Part shown: positions 7,920-17,720 of the stretch, piece by piece
Position numbering within the stretch: the stretch's first letter is position 1
Layout of the letters: each line of letters starts with the position of its first letter
DNA from: Candidatus Margulisiibacteriota bacterium
GTDB taxonomy: Bacteria > Margulisbacteria > Riflemargulisbacteria > GWF2-35-9 > DYQY01
Reading direction: 5' to 3'
DNA length: 41,772 nucleotides
NCBI GenBank assembly: GCA_028706105.1
Contig: JAQWCF010000003.1
Span: 1 to 41,772 of the forward strand
Notes under the pieces: generated by a model
Told to the model about the DNA's origin: nothing
The model's input: the letters and a program-made list of their open reading frames with translations, nothing else
The model's database searches: none
Made by a program: the position numbers and the translations under genes

Positions 7920-10145
7920 TTATTCTTGAGATCTCTCTAAGAGTTCCATATAAAAGGGGTTACTGCCTAATTTGTTGACTTCTTGATATGCTTGTAGTTG
8001 ATATGTTGCAAAAAGAGCATCATCTTTATTTAGAACAAGATAGTTGGAAAGAATGTTCAACAGAAGGTTATCTATTTTAAGGCTGGTTTTGTCGTTTATA
8101 TGGTTTCTTATAAAGTAACTCAACACTCTTCTTCTGTGATCCATATCATTTAAACAATCCGCAAGAACAGAATTGCCAGTCTTGAATGGCATTGTATTTT
8201 TTTTTGAACTATATCTTCTGGTTTTTAGTAAATTTTCGAAGAAGTTCATTATAAAATTTTCGGGGTTTCTCACTATGGTAATTCTTTCCTTTGATAAAAG
8301 GATGTTTGGGATATCTTTTGCTATGTGGAACTCATTATTTTCTTCGTACTCTAAGGTATTCGCTACTCCCTCACAAAACCTAAAGAATACTTTTCTTTCA
8401 GGATACGACCATATGTCATAATCTAAAATAATTGATAAGGTAGTACCATCAGGAGATTTACTAAAGGAATGTGCTTTAGTCTGAGTTTTAGCGACATCTT
8501 CAGAGGAGTATCTAGGATCTAATAGGATAGTGTCGTAAGATAATTCATCTTTGATAAAGATGGGGTTTAATAGTTCCTCTGCACTTTTATGAATAGGTTT
8601 GTCGAAAATAAGAACTACGTGAGTTTGAATATTGCCAGAAAATTCGTCTACTACAGGTTTGCAAATTACTTTGCCTTTTAGTTTTGGTTCAAGCATTTTC
8701 TGAAGTTCTTTAGGTGCATTACCTTCAAAAAGGCCGTTCAGCAGTTGTGACCTTCGACCAAGTGTCATGACATTTAGGAAAGAATTTTCGTCTTTAGTTA
8801 GTAAAATACCGTTTTCTTTTATAAATATTAAAAATTTTGTTTGCATTTCTTTAGCCAATAAAGGAAGAATTTCATTTATGTTAATAGGTGCAAAATAGCA
8901 AACTTGAAGCTCTGAAAAGGGTTCAGTTTTAAGCTTTTTTTGTTCTTCTAGGATTATTTGTTTTTTGTTTCTTTCGAAAGCTGTTGCCCTCTCTCTGATT
9001 TGGTCAGCTTCTTTTTTGTCTATCATAATCTCTATGTCTTCAATTATAGTTTTTGCACCGATAATTCTTTCCTTGAGCGTATCTGGGCTTTGGTTGAGCA
9101 TTTTCATTGGTTTGTTGTCTAGCCAGATTAGACCATTTTTAACTTCAACTTTATTGTTTTTTTCAAGAGCATTTATGATTAGTTCTATGTAGTAGTTAGC
9201 ATTATGTGCCCTAGCGATTATATTTAATCCAGCAATACCTTCGAATTCTTGTTCTCTGCGAACTTCTAACATGATTCCTTCATTATATAAGATTGTTAAT
9301 ATCTGATTTTGAGTTTCAACATTAATTTTATAAATTTCAAATAACTTCTTCATGGTTTGTGCTTGTGGTGAATGCAGCATACTCATTGACGATTTGAGGT
9401 CAGAACTGTCTCTTGCTTCATTATGGAAAATAGCGGTAGTTTTATCATTAGAGTCCGTGGCTATAGAGTGTTTGCTATTTTTTTGATTAAATTCTAAAAA
9501 CAATAATCCTAGTGGCGAATTTACATCCAGCAGTATAGAGATGTTAGAGCTTCCAGATGTTTGAATTTGCTTTTTTTCTATTACTTTTCCCTCTTTGTTC
9601 TTTGCTGCTGGTATCTCAACGTAGGAGATACCATTACCTACTTCTATATTAGGAAATATCTCTTCGTGGGCAAAATCATGAGTAACCCCGCCATTTTGTA
9701 TGGTATATACATTCAACATTCTTCCTTGTCTTGTGGGTTCATCGTTAATTAATTCTTTGATGGTAAATCTGGAACCGTAATTTTTGTCAACAAACTTGGT
9801 TTGGACCCAAAGATATCCACCTTGTGTCTCTCCAAAAATTTGATCAAAGTTAGTTTGGTATATTACAACATCAGAACACTTCAAAATAGAGGGTAAGGAG
9901 TGGAAGAGGTAATACAACATTATATCTTTTACTAATTCTATATTTTCGCTAATATTGCCATTGTTCACAGCTAAAGAAGAAGGAAGATAATGGATATTAA
10001 GATATTTGGTAAAGGCATAGAGAACTTCTTCTTCATTGCTTGCTTTTGCAAGTAACTGTAGCCCTTCTCTGTGCCACGTTAGTGTGTCTCTAAGTGTTTT
10101 TAATTCTTGAGAGCTGGTGTTTAAAGAACATATTTTGTATAGCAT
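7920..10145 (-). CDS. Large hypothetical protein (741 aa), no recognisable domain
   Basis: Uninterrupted 2.2-kb ORF. It converges on the tlpA-like gene with a 1-bp gap. I found no P-loop, HD or other catalytic motif. Confidence 0.6.
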   Translation of the reverse strand: MLYKICSLNTSSQELKTLRDTLTWHREGLQLLAKASNEEEVLYAFTKYLNIHYLPSSLAVNNGNISENIELVKDIMLYYLFHSLPSILKCSDVVIYQTNFDQIFGETQGGYLWVQTKFVDKNYGSRFTIKELINDEPTRQGRMLNVYTIQNGGVTHDFAHEEIFPNIEVGNGISYVEIPAAKNKEGKVIEKKQIQTSGSSNISILLDVNSPLGLLFLEFNQKNSKHSIATDSNDKTTAIFHNEARDSSDLKSSMSMLHSPQAQTMKKLFEIYKINVETQNQILTILYNEGIMLEVRREQEFEGIAGLNIIARAHNANYYIELIINALEKNNKVEVKNGLIWLDNKPMKMLNQSPDTLKERIIGAKTIIEDIEIMIDKKEADQIRERATAFERNKKQIILEEQKKLKTEPFSELQVCYFAPININEILPLLAKEMQTKFLIFIKENGILLTKDENSFLNVMTLGRRSQLLNGLFEGNAPKELQKMLEPKLKGKVICKPVVDEFSGNIQTHVVLIFDKPIHKSAEELLNPIFIKDELSYDTILLDPRYSSEDVAKTQTKAHSFSKSPDGTTLSIILDYDIWSYPERKVFFRFCEGVANTLEYEENNEFHIAKDIPNILLSKERITIVRNPENFIMNFFENLLKTRRYSSKKNTMPFKTGNSVLADCLNDMDHRRRVLSYFIRNHINDKTSLKIDNLLLNILSNYLVLNKDDALFATYQLQAYQEVNKLGSNPFYMELLERSQE

Positions 10146-10220
10146 AATTCCCTTCTTATAGAATTTGTCTAAAAATAATCGAAGAACAAAGTAAAAAATT
10201 GCAATATGTTTACATGGTTT

Positions 10221-10691
10221 TTATGGCTTAATTGGTCTTTCTCTGTCCCACAATATTTGTAACAAATTTACGACGAAACTGGATAGTTCTTTTATAAAAT
10301 TTTCGAAAGGATACTCAAAACCAATAAATTTAGCATTTAAAGCTCTGTAGATATCTTTACTTAAAGCAATGTCTTCAAGTATTCCTATTGTTGTTGGTTG
10401 TTCTAAGACCATAATTCTTTGAAGCATTGGAATATTTGTTGATAATCGTATATAAGATAGAGGATCTTGTTTGTAAGCATCTCCTAATTGATTTTCTAGT
10501 CTTGTCGCTGCTCCTTTTGCATAAGTTGGTATTAAGGCAAGAGGATTAATGAAAAACCCACTTAATTTGACATTTTTTGGTGCATTTCCCTTTTCTAATT
10601 GTAAATAGATAGCTAGTGCGTTTTCTTTTTCTGTTAAGTTATCGAGCCATTTGGCTAAATTTTTATTAAAAGCTATTACCTTATGATTCAT
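10221..10691 (-). CDS. Hypothetical protein (156 aa), probably co-transcribed with the 741-aa gene
   Basis: ORF with AGGAG RBS (reverse complement of ctcct at 10699-10703). 75-nt gap to the downstream 741-aa ORF on the same strand. Confidence 0.55.
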   Translation of the reverse strand: MNHKVIAFNKNLAKWLDNLTEKENALAIYLQLEKGNAPKNVKLSGFFINPLALIPTYAKGAATRLENQLGDAYKQDPLSYIRLSTNIPMLQRIMVLEQPTTIGILEDIALSKDIYRALNAKFIGFEYPFENFIKELSSFVVNLLQILWDRERPIKP

Positions 10692-10769
10692 ATTTTTTCT
10701 CCTATTAAGTTATTTGCTAACAGGTTATCGTTTTATTTATAGAAAAATTTCAGTTATTTTTTCAAATGT

Positions 10770-10798
10770 TTGACGTTGATTGTATTGTAGTTTATTCT
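10770..10798 (+). promoter_or_regulatory. Candidate purD promoter (TTGACG-17-TATTCT)
   Basis: Hexamers read at 10770-10775 and 10793-10798. Confidence 0.35.
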
Positions 10799-10829
10799 AC
10801 ATATAGCAAAGTTTAAGGAGTTTTAGGCA

Positions 10830-12104
10830 ATGAATATTCTGATTATTGGTAGTGGCGGAAGAGAGCATGCTATAGCTTGGTCTTTAAAAAAAAGTAAAGA
10901 GATTCGCAGAATTTTCGTTTCTCCTGGTAATGGAGGAACTGCAGAAATTGCAGAGAATGTTGAGTTAGATTTAATGAATAGTCAGTCAATAATAGATTTT
11001 GCTAATCAAGAAAAAGTTGGGCTAGTTGTTATCGGACCAGAAGATCCTTTAGTTAATGGGCTGGCTGATGTTTTGATAGAGCAAGGACTTGCTGTTTTTG
11101 GCCCTCAAAAGAAGGGTGCTATTCTTGAAGGAAGCAAGTCTTATGCTAAGCGTTTTATGAAAAAATACAAGATTCCTACCGCTAATTATGAGGAATTTTC
11201 CGATTATAAGAAGGCTAGCAAATATTTAGTAGAGGCGGAGTATCCCTTGGTTCTTAAAGCTGACGGATTAGCCGCCGGCAAAGGAGTTATTATTGTTCAT
11301 AGTCCCGAAGAGGCTCAGATAGCGTTGGACAAAATAATGAAAGACAAAGATTTCGGTTCAGCTGGGGACAAGCTCGTTGTTGAAGAGTTTTTAGAAGGCG
11401 AAGAAGCTTCTATTCTTGCTTTTGTAGATGCAAACACCATTGTTCCAATGGTTCCAGCTCAAGACCATAAGGCTATCTTTGATGGAGACAAAGGGCCAAA
11501 TACAGGGGGAATGGGCACCTATTCGCCAGCACCGATTGTTGACGAGAAATTAATGAAGCTTTTTCAAACAGAAGTTCTAGATAGATTTATGATAGGTTTA
11601 AAAGGTGAAGGAATTGTCTATAGAGGTATTATTTTTATTGGGTTAATGATTAAAAATGGACAGCCAAAAGTTTTAGAATTTAATGTTCGTTTTGGTGACC
11701 CAGAAACGCAAGTAGTTTTGCCAAGATTAAAAACAGATTTGTATACTATTATGGCTGCTGTAGTTAAGGATAAGTTGTCTGAAGTTAAAATAGAGTGGAA
11801 GGATGAGTATGCGGTTTGTGTAGTAGTTGCTTCTGAAGGTTATCCAGATGCGTATCCTAAAGGTATAGAACTAACCAATCTTCAGCACGATGGCGTGCTG
11901 GTGTTTCATGCTGGGACCAAGTTAGTGAAAGGTAAAATCGTTAACTCAGGAGGTAGGGTGCTTGGTGTTACAGCCCTAAACAAAGATTTAAAGCTAGCTG
12001 TTGCCAAAGCATATTCAGCAGTAGAGAAAATTAATTTTGAGAAGAAGTATTATCGCCAGGATATAGCACAGAAAGCGTATAAATATTTATATAAGGAAGT
12101 GTAA
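10830..12104 (+). CDS. purD: Phosphoribosylamine-glycine ligase
   Basis: MNILIIGSGGREHAIAWSL N-terminus, ATP-grasp core, 424 aa. Confidence 0.93.
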   Translation: MNILIIGSGGREHAIAWSLKKSKEIRRIFVSPGNGGTAEIAENVELDLMNSQSIIDFANQEKVGLVVIGPEDPLVNGLADVLIEQGLAVFGPQKKGAILEGSKSYAKRFMKKYKIPTANYEEFSDYKKASKYLVEAEYPLVLKADGLAAGKGVIIVHSPEEAQIALDKIMKDKDFGSAGDKLVVEEFLEGEEASILAFVDANTIVPMVPAQDHKAIFDGDKGPNTGGMGTYSPAPIVDEKLMKLFQTEVLDRFMIGLKGEGIVYRGIIFIGLMIKNGQPKVLEFNVRFGDPETQVVLPRLKTDLYTIMAAVVKDKLSEVKIEWKDEYAVCVVVASEGYPDAYPKGIELTNLQHDGVLVFHAGTKLVKGKIVNSGGRVLGVTALNKDLKLAVAKAYSAVEKINFEKKYYRQDIAQKAYKYLYKEV

Positions 12105-12105
12105 A

Positions 12106-12708
12106 ATGGAAAGAATTATTTTAGCTACGCATAATGAACATAAAACTAAAGAAGTTAGACATATTTTACAAGATTTAGGCATAGAAGTTCTTAGTTTAAA
12201 GGACCTTGGTTGGACAGAAGAGATAGTTGAGGATGGGCTTACTTTTTCTGATAATGCGGGAAGTAAAGTTAGTGCAGTTGCAAAAAAATATCCTCAAGAG
12301 TATATAATTGCTGACGATTCTGGCCTCGAGGTAGACATTCTTGATGGCGCTCCGGGTGTGCATTCTGCAAGATATGCAGGTAATGATAAAAGCAGTTTGG
12401 CCCTTTGTACTAAGTTAATTGAAGCTACTAAATTGTTTCCCTTTCAGGAAAGAACAGCTAGCTTTGTAACAGTACTTGCTTTTTATCAACCAACGGATAG
12501 GACAATCATGGCCTTTGAAGGTACTGTAAATGGATTAATTCTTGAGGAGATGCGCGGTAGTAACGGCTTTGGCTATGATCCAGTGTTTTATCTGCCAGAA
12601 TTAATGAAAACTATGGCTGAACTTAGTTCAGAGGAGAAGGATAAATTAAGTCATAGACATAATGCTTTGGAGAAATTTAAGGCGTATGTTAAACGACACA
12701 ATGTCTAA
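12106..12708 (+). CDS. rdgB: dITP/XTP pyrophosphatase (RdgB/HAM1 family)
   Basis: ILATHNEHKTKE, ADDSGLEVD, FGYDPVF and SHR motifs; 200 aa. Confidence 0.9.
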   Translation: MERIILATHNEHKTKEVRHILQDLGIEVLSLKDLGWTEEIVEDGLTFSDNAGSKVSAVAKKYPQEYIIADDSGLEVDILDGAPGVHSARYAGNDKSSLALCTKLIEATKLFPFQERTASFVTVLAFYQPTDRTIMAFEGTVNGLILEEMRGSNGFGYDPVFYLPELMKTMAELSSEEKDKLSHRHNALEKFKAYVKRHNV

Positions 12709-13780
12709 AATTCTTTTTCTTTCTAATGGACATGGAGAAGATTTGATTTCCTTTAGAATTTTAACTGAGTTACAAAAAATATTATCTGACGATAGCTTTT
12801 ATGTTCTTCCAATGGTAGGTGAAGGTGGTGCTTTTTCAGCTCTTACGGGTATCAATATAATTGGTCCGCAGAAAGAGACTAGTTCTGGTGGTTTTGTCAA
12901 AAATATCTTGTCTTTAGTTAAGGATTTATCATCAGGCATTTTGTCGCTTCATTTTAAACAAATAAAAAATGCTTCTAAAATTAAATATGATTTGGTGGTT
13001 TGTGTAGGAGATTTTTTGCCGTTTATTCTTTCATATTTATTTTTAAAATATAAAAAAATTGTTTTTATATCTACAGCTAAATCAGATTTTTTTGAGCCTC
13101 ATTTTTGGATAGAACGATATTTTTTCAAAAAATCTAAAACGAAAGTGCTGGCTAGAGATAGTGTTACAGCAGAAAATCTAGTAGCTCGGGGAGTCAATGC
13201 AGAATATTTTGGTAACGTGATGATGGATGGTTTTAAGATTAAGCGATTGCCAAAGACAGACCAAAATCAATTTATTGTAGGTGTTCTGCCTGGGAGCAGG
13301 AGAGAGGCATATATAAATTATAGTTTAATAAAAGAGGTTATTTTAAATCTTCCAGATGAATGGGTATACCAGGTAGCGGTTCCTAACAATTTGGATAAAA
13401 ATAAGTTTCAAATAGAGGATAAAAAGGATTTTATTAAGATGGTTAAATTTGAAAACATGCTTAAGGAAGCTGATATCGTTTTAGGTTTAGCAGGTACGGC
13501 GAATGAGCAGGTAATAGGATTTGGAATTCCGCTTTTTACCTTTAGAGGTTATGGACCACAGACTACTAGAAAAAGATTTTTGGATCAAAAAAAATTGTTA
13601 GGTAATTTGCCTGAGTTTATTGACTCGCAAGACAGTGAAGTGATTGCTAAGCTAATTAAGCAGAAAGTTAAGGATAGAGATTTTTTTGAGCGAGTAAGAG
13701 TTGATGGTATTAAGGTTATGGGTAGTAGTGGGGCTGCCGAAAGAATATCAAAAGAACTTGCAGTTTTATTAAAAAGCTAG
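12701..13780 (+). CDS. Lipid-A-disaccharide synthase-related protein (LpxB-like glycosyltransferase family)
   Basis: MSKILFLSNGHGEDL N-terminus and GTANEQ motif resemble the LpxB-related family. The ATG at 12701 overlaps the rdgB stop (ATGTCTAA). The track ORF start at 12662 lies inside rdgB. Confidence 0.6.
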   Translation: MSKILFLSNGHGEDLISFRILTELQKILSDDSFYVLPMVGEGGAFSALTGINIIGPQKETSSGGFVKNILSLVKDLSSGILSLHFKQIKNASKIKYDLVVCVGDFLPFILSYLFLKYKKIVFISTAKSDFFEPHFWIERYFFKKSKTKVLARDSVTAENLVARGVNAEYFGNVMMDGFKIKRLPKTDQNQFIVGVLPGSRREAYINYSLIKEVILNLPDEWVYQVAVPNNLDKNKFQIEDKKDFIKMVKFENMLKEADIVLGLAGTANEQVIGFGIPLFTFRGYGPQTTRKRFLDQKKLLGNLPEFIDSQDSEVIAKLIKQKVKDRDFFERVRVDGIKVMGSSGAAERISKELAVLLKS

Positions 13781-13783
13781 TTG

Positions 13784-14728
13784 TTATTTAAAATAACCAT
13801 TTGTTGATTCAAATTTATGATAATATTTCCCAATACCTTCTTCCAATGTGTGAAAGTTTTGTGTAAAGCCAGCCGCACGTAGTTTAGTCGTGTCTGCTTG
13901 AGTATAAACTTGGTATTTGCCTTTTAATTGTTCTGGAAAAGGCGTATATATTAGTTTTGCTGACTTGTTAAGGGATTGAACGGTGTTTGCAATATCTAAG
14001 AAGCTTCTTGCTTTTCCAGTTCCACAGTTGTAGATGCCCTGTTTTCCGTTTTCATAAAAAAATAAATTAACTTTTACAACATCTTCAATAAAAATAAAGT
14101 CTCTTAAAAATCCTTCACTACCTTCAAATAATTTAATCTCTTCTTTGTTTTTTATTTGATTAAACATACGGTAGGCAACTGATGCCATTTTACCTTTATG
14201 ATTTTCTTGATAGCCATAAACATTGAAATAACGAAGACCGAGTATTTGTGAATCTATGTTTTTTCTTTTTAATCTGACATTTCTCACAAAGTTATCAAAA
14301 GAAAATTTTGAGAAGGCATAAACATTTAGAGGATACTCGCACATTGGGTCTTCTTTGAATCCCTTGTCTCCATTACCGTAAATTGAAGCACTGGAAGCAT
14401 ATATCAGGTCAATGTCATTATTTAAGCTGAACAGTAGAAGTTCTTTTGAGTATTCATAATTGTTTCTCATCATATATTTGCCATCAGTTTCGGTTGTATC
14501 CGAACATGCTCCTTGATGAAATATTGTTCTGTAAGCTTTGAATTTATCTAGATTGGCAATGAAGTCTTGTTTATCAACATAATCGTAATATTTTAAGGAG
14601 TTTAAGTTTAAATGTTTTTCTGGGTTAGAAAGATTGTCTACAATAAGTATATCTGTAATGCCTTTATCATTTAGTCCTTTGACTATATTGCTACCAATAA
14701 ATCCGGCTCCTCCAGTTACTATTATCAT
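13784..14728 (-). CDS. hldD: ADP-L-glycero-D-manno-heptose 6-epimerase
   Basis: N-terminus MIIVTGGAGFIGSNIVKGLNDKGITDILIVDNL is nearly identical to enterobacterial HldD/RfaD. 314 aa SDR fold. Confidence 0.9.
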   Translation of the reverse strand: MIIVTGGAGFIGSNIVKGLNDKGITDILIVDNLSNPEKHLNLNSLKYYDYVDKQDFIANLDKFKAYRTIFHQGACSDTTETDGKYMMRNNYEYSKELLLFSLNNDIDLIYASSASIYGNGDKGFKEDPMCEYPLNVYAFSKFSFDNFVRNVRLKRKNIDSQILGLRYFNVYGYQENHKGKMASVAYRMFNQIKNKEEIKLFEGSEGFLRDFIFIEDVVKVNLFFYENGKQGIYNCGTGKARSFLDIANTVQSLNKSAKLIYTPFPEQLKGKYQVYTQADTTKLRAAGFTQNFHTLEEGIGKYYHKFESTNGYFK

Positions 14729-15260
14729 CTGCTTCTCCTTTACTATTTACTAATAATAGCCTTAGTTTGTAGAAATATAAAGATTTAGTTATGAAAATGT
14801 TTGGGGTTTGGTTAGTTGTACTAACTTTAAATTCATTCCCGAGTAGGCGGGAGTCTGTTCATTTATTAAAGGTGAACTTTTAGATTCTTTATATAAGGCC
14901 TCATCGCCGGCCTTATTAATCCGCTAGACACATGAAGCTTCAGAGCTTAGATAAAGTAACGCTTATTACACTAACGGACAAATTCGCCTGTCCTGGCTCA
15001 GTTGTCCTGAAAAATCGTCCTGATTTTTCTGCGTTCCATTCGCTAACATTATCTATAGCTCTTTTCGCACAGTGTCTTTAGTGTAATTAGAGGAGGTGGT
15101 GATAAATACATAGGAAGTGTTATAGTTATATTTGTAACCTATTGAATACAGCGTTTTATATTTAGTAATTTGGTTATTGGTTAATAAAATTAGTTGAAAC
15201 TGGATTTAATAATGTTTTTTAAGTAATATTGTATGTATGTTGTTTTAAGGAGACTAGATT

Positions 15261-15929
15261 TTGATTAATTTAAAAATAGGAAAATTAGTTTTCGAAAATG
15301 TTGATTTATCAAAAGATCAATCTCATAAATTGAGAGGATATATTGGAGAAAAGTATAAAGAATATGACCTTGTACATAATCACGATACAGTAACAGGTAA
15401 AGAAATATATCGTTACCCATTATTTCAATTTAAAGTGATAGATAAGAAGCCCCATGTTATATCAATTGGTGAAAAACCATCAATAATTTTTAAAAAAATG
15501 TTTATGGATATTAAAAGTATTGAAATCCAAGGTAAAAATATTCCAATATATGAAAAACAATTGTGTTCTGATTTTTATTCTTTTGGTGAGTCCTTAAAAA
15601 TGAATACTTATAAGTTTGTTTCTCCATGGATAGGTTTAAATCAAGATAATTATAAAAAGTATAATTTGGCATTAGATTACAATGATAAGAGAACGATCCT
15701 TAATAATTGTTTAATAGGAAACATTATTTCTGTTTGTAAGGGATTAGGGTATAGGGTTGAACAGCCAATAGTGTGTGAGAGCAGTTTAAGCTTAAATAAA
15801 GTGATACTAAAGGGGTTTGAGGTATTAGGTTTCTTAGGAACATTTAAAATCAATTTTGAATTACCTGATTATATTGGGATAGGGAAATCTGTTTCTCGAG
15901 GTTATGGGACAATAAAAAAATATGTATAA
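15261..15929 (+). CDS. cas6: CRISPR-associated endoribonuclease Cas6
   Basis: TTG start 8 nt after AAGGAG. C-terminal glycine-rich loop GIGKSVSRGYGTI. First gene of the cas operon. Confidence 0.8.
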   Translation: MINLKIGKLVFENVDLSKDQSHKLRGYIGEKYKEYDLVHNHDTVTGKEIYRYPLFQFKVIDKKPHVISIGEKPSIIFKKMFMDIKSIEIQGKNIPIYEKQLCSDFYSFGESLKMNTYKFVSPWIGLNQDNYKKYNLALDYNDKRTILNNCLIGNIISVCKGLGYRVEQPIVCESSLSLNKVILKGFEVLGFLGTFKINFELPDYIGIGKSVSRGYGTIKKYV

Positions 15930-15949
15930 AATTTTAACGAGTAGGATAA

Positions 15950-17719
15950 ATGTTAAAAAAACTTTATAAATTGGGTAAATACATTCCAGAGGAGTATTTT
16001 GAAGATAATCCTTTAGGTTTAAATATGTCGCACACTGGTGGGATGGTTTGCGTGATTCAGTTTAGTTTTAATAATGATGTTTTCTTATATGATAAAATTA
16101 CCTATGAGGATTATGATGCTGCAAGAAATGAATATAGGTATTTGTTTGAAGAACTAGATAGTCCTAATAGTACACCTGCGTTCCCAACTTATCGTGTTAA
16201 TAAAGCAGGGGATAAAAGTATTAAAGAGAAAACAATTTCTGCATTATCAAAAATAAAAAATTCTTTGAATTGTTATGAGCGCTTAAAACAAATAACAAAT
16301 TGTATTGATGCCAACATCGAGGAATTAGTTTTGGATATATCGGAGAAGGTGGACTATAAAGAGTCTTTTTTGATTACATTAATGATAAATGGTCAGTATT
16401 TAGCAGAAATAGATGAGGTTAAGAATAAAGTGGTTAATCGGACTTCCGAGATTTATGCTAAATACTATTCTAATGATAAAAAATATGTGGGAGAACAAGC
16501 TGTGTGTTCTTTATGTATGCTGAAAAAAGATGAAGTATGGGGGTATGTGAGCCCTTACAATTTTTATGCTGTTAAGACTGAACAATCTGTTGTTTCAGGT
16601 GGATTTAATGTAAAAAATGCTTGGAAAAATTTCCCAGTATGTGAAGATTGTGCTAAAAAAATATTAAAATATAAAACCGCGATTAAGCAAAGACTTTCTT
16701 TTAACTTTTATGGATTCAATTACTTTTTAATACCAGAAGTAGTCTTAGATAAAGGTAATAATAAAGAATTTGTAGATGTTTTATTTAATGACCAATATGG
16801 GTTATTGAACTTAAGGAAATTAAAAGAGACCAATAAGTTAGAAGATGATTTGGTTGATATATTAAAAGAAACAAACAATTCAGCTAACTTTACTTTATTG
16901 TTTTATGAAGAGAATAATGCTGAATTTAAGATTGTTTTATCGATAGATGATGTGTTCCCTTCTAGATTTAACAGTATTTTTAGTGCTAGAGAATATTCAG
17001 AGAATAATTTATTGTTTAAAGATTTAACGTTTAAAGATGGGATAAAAGATTTGAAAATGAGCTTTGGAGTTATTAAACATTTTTTCCCGTCATCAAAAAT
17101 AGAAGGAGATTTTTCTTCTTACTTTCTTGAAATTGTTAGGTCTATTTTTATAGTGAAAAAGGTTGATTATGACTTTGTAATTAATAGAATAATAACAAAA
17201 TTAAGAAACAAATTTGTTAATGAAGAGTATCTATTCGTAGATTTATTAAATTCTATGCTTTTAATAAGATTTATGAACCATTTAAAGTTATGGAATAAAA
17301 AAGAATCAATAAAAGAAAGGGAGGTTGTCATGGACAGTAATAAGTACAATATTTTTTTAGATGAGCACAAAGAATTTTTTGATAATAATACAAAGAAGGC
17401 AATATTTTTAGAAGGAGTTCTTTGTCAATTTTTATTTAACATACAGTATTCAGAGAGGAATTCAACACCTTTCAAATCAAAGCTTAATGGATTGAAATTA
17501 GACGAGAAGTATATTAAAAAGCTTTTGCCTGAAATAATTAATAAACTAGAGGAGTATGATAAAAATTACTATAAAGATTTGGAAACTATTATTTCTAAAT
17601 ATATGTTGGAGTCAACATTTGATATGACTAATGATGAAATAAGTTTCTATTTTGTTATGGGAATGAATTTGGCAAAGGAATTTAGAAATGAAAAAGAAAA
17701 AAATGAGGAGGTAAACTAA
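15950..17719 (+). CDS. cas8b: Type I-B Cascade large subunit Cas8b (TM1802-like)
   Basis: 589 aa, internal CSLC...CEDC zinc-finger-like pairs. Position between cas6 and cas7. Confidence 0.75.
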   Translation: MLKKLYKLGKYIPEEYFEDNPLGLNMSHTGGMVCVIQFSFNNDVFLYDKITYEDYDAARNEYRYLFEELDSPNSTPAFPTYRVNKAGDKSIKEKTISALSKIKNSLNCYERLKQITNCIDANIEELVLDISEKVDYKESFLITLMINGQYLAEIDEVKNKVVNRTSEIYAKYYSNDKKYVGEQAVCSLCMLKKDEVWGYVSPYNFYAVKTEQSVVSGGFNVKNAWKNFPVCEDCAKKILKYKTAIKQRLSFNFYGFNYFLIPEVVLDKGNNKEFVDVLFNDQYGLLNLRKLKETNKLEDDLVDILKETNNSANFTLLFYEENNAEFKIVLSIDDVFPSRFNSIFSAREYSENNLLFKDLTFKDGIKDLKMSFGVIKHFFPSSKIEGDFSSYFLEIVRSIFIVKKVDYDFVINRIITKLRNKFVNEEYLFVDLLNSMLLIRFMNHLKLWNKKESIKEREVVMDSNKYNIFLDEHKEFFDNNTKKAIFLEGVLCQFLFNIQYSERNSTPFKSKLNGLKLDEKYIKKLLPEIINKLEEYDKNYYKDLETIISKYMLESTFDMTNDEISFYFVMGMNLAKEFRNEKEKNEEVN

Positions 17720-17720
17720 T

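Noticed and set aside
12662-12700. Upstream start for the LpxB-related gene, overlapping rdgB by 47 nt
   Set aside because: The extension (MLWRNLRRMLNDT) lies entirely within the rdgB coding region. The ATG at 12701 gives the family-typical MSKILFLSNGHGED N-terminus.
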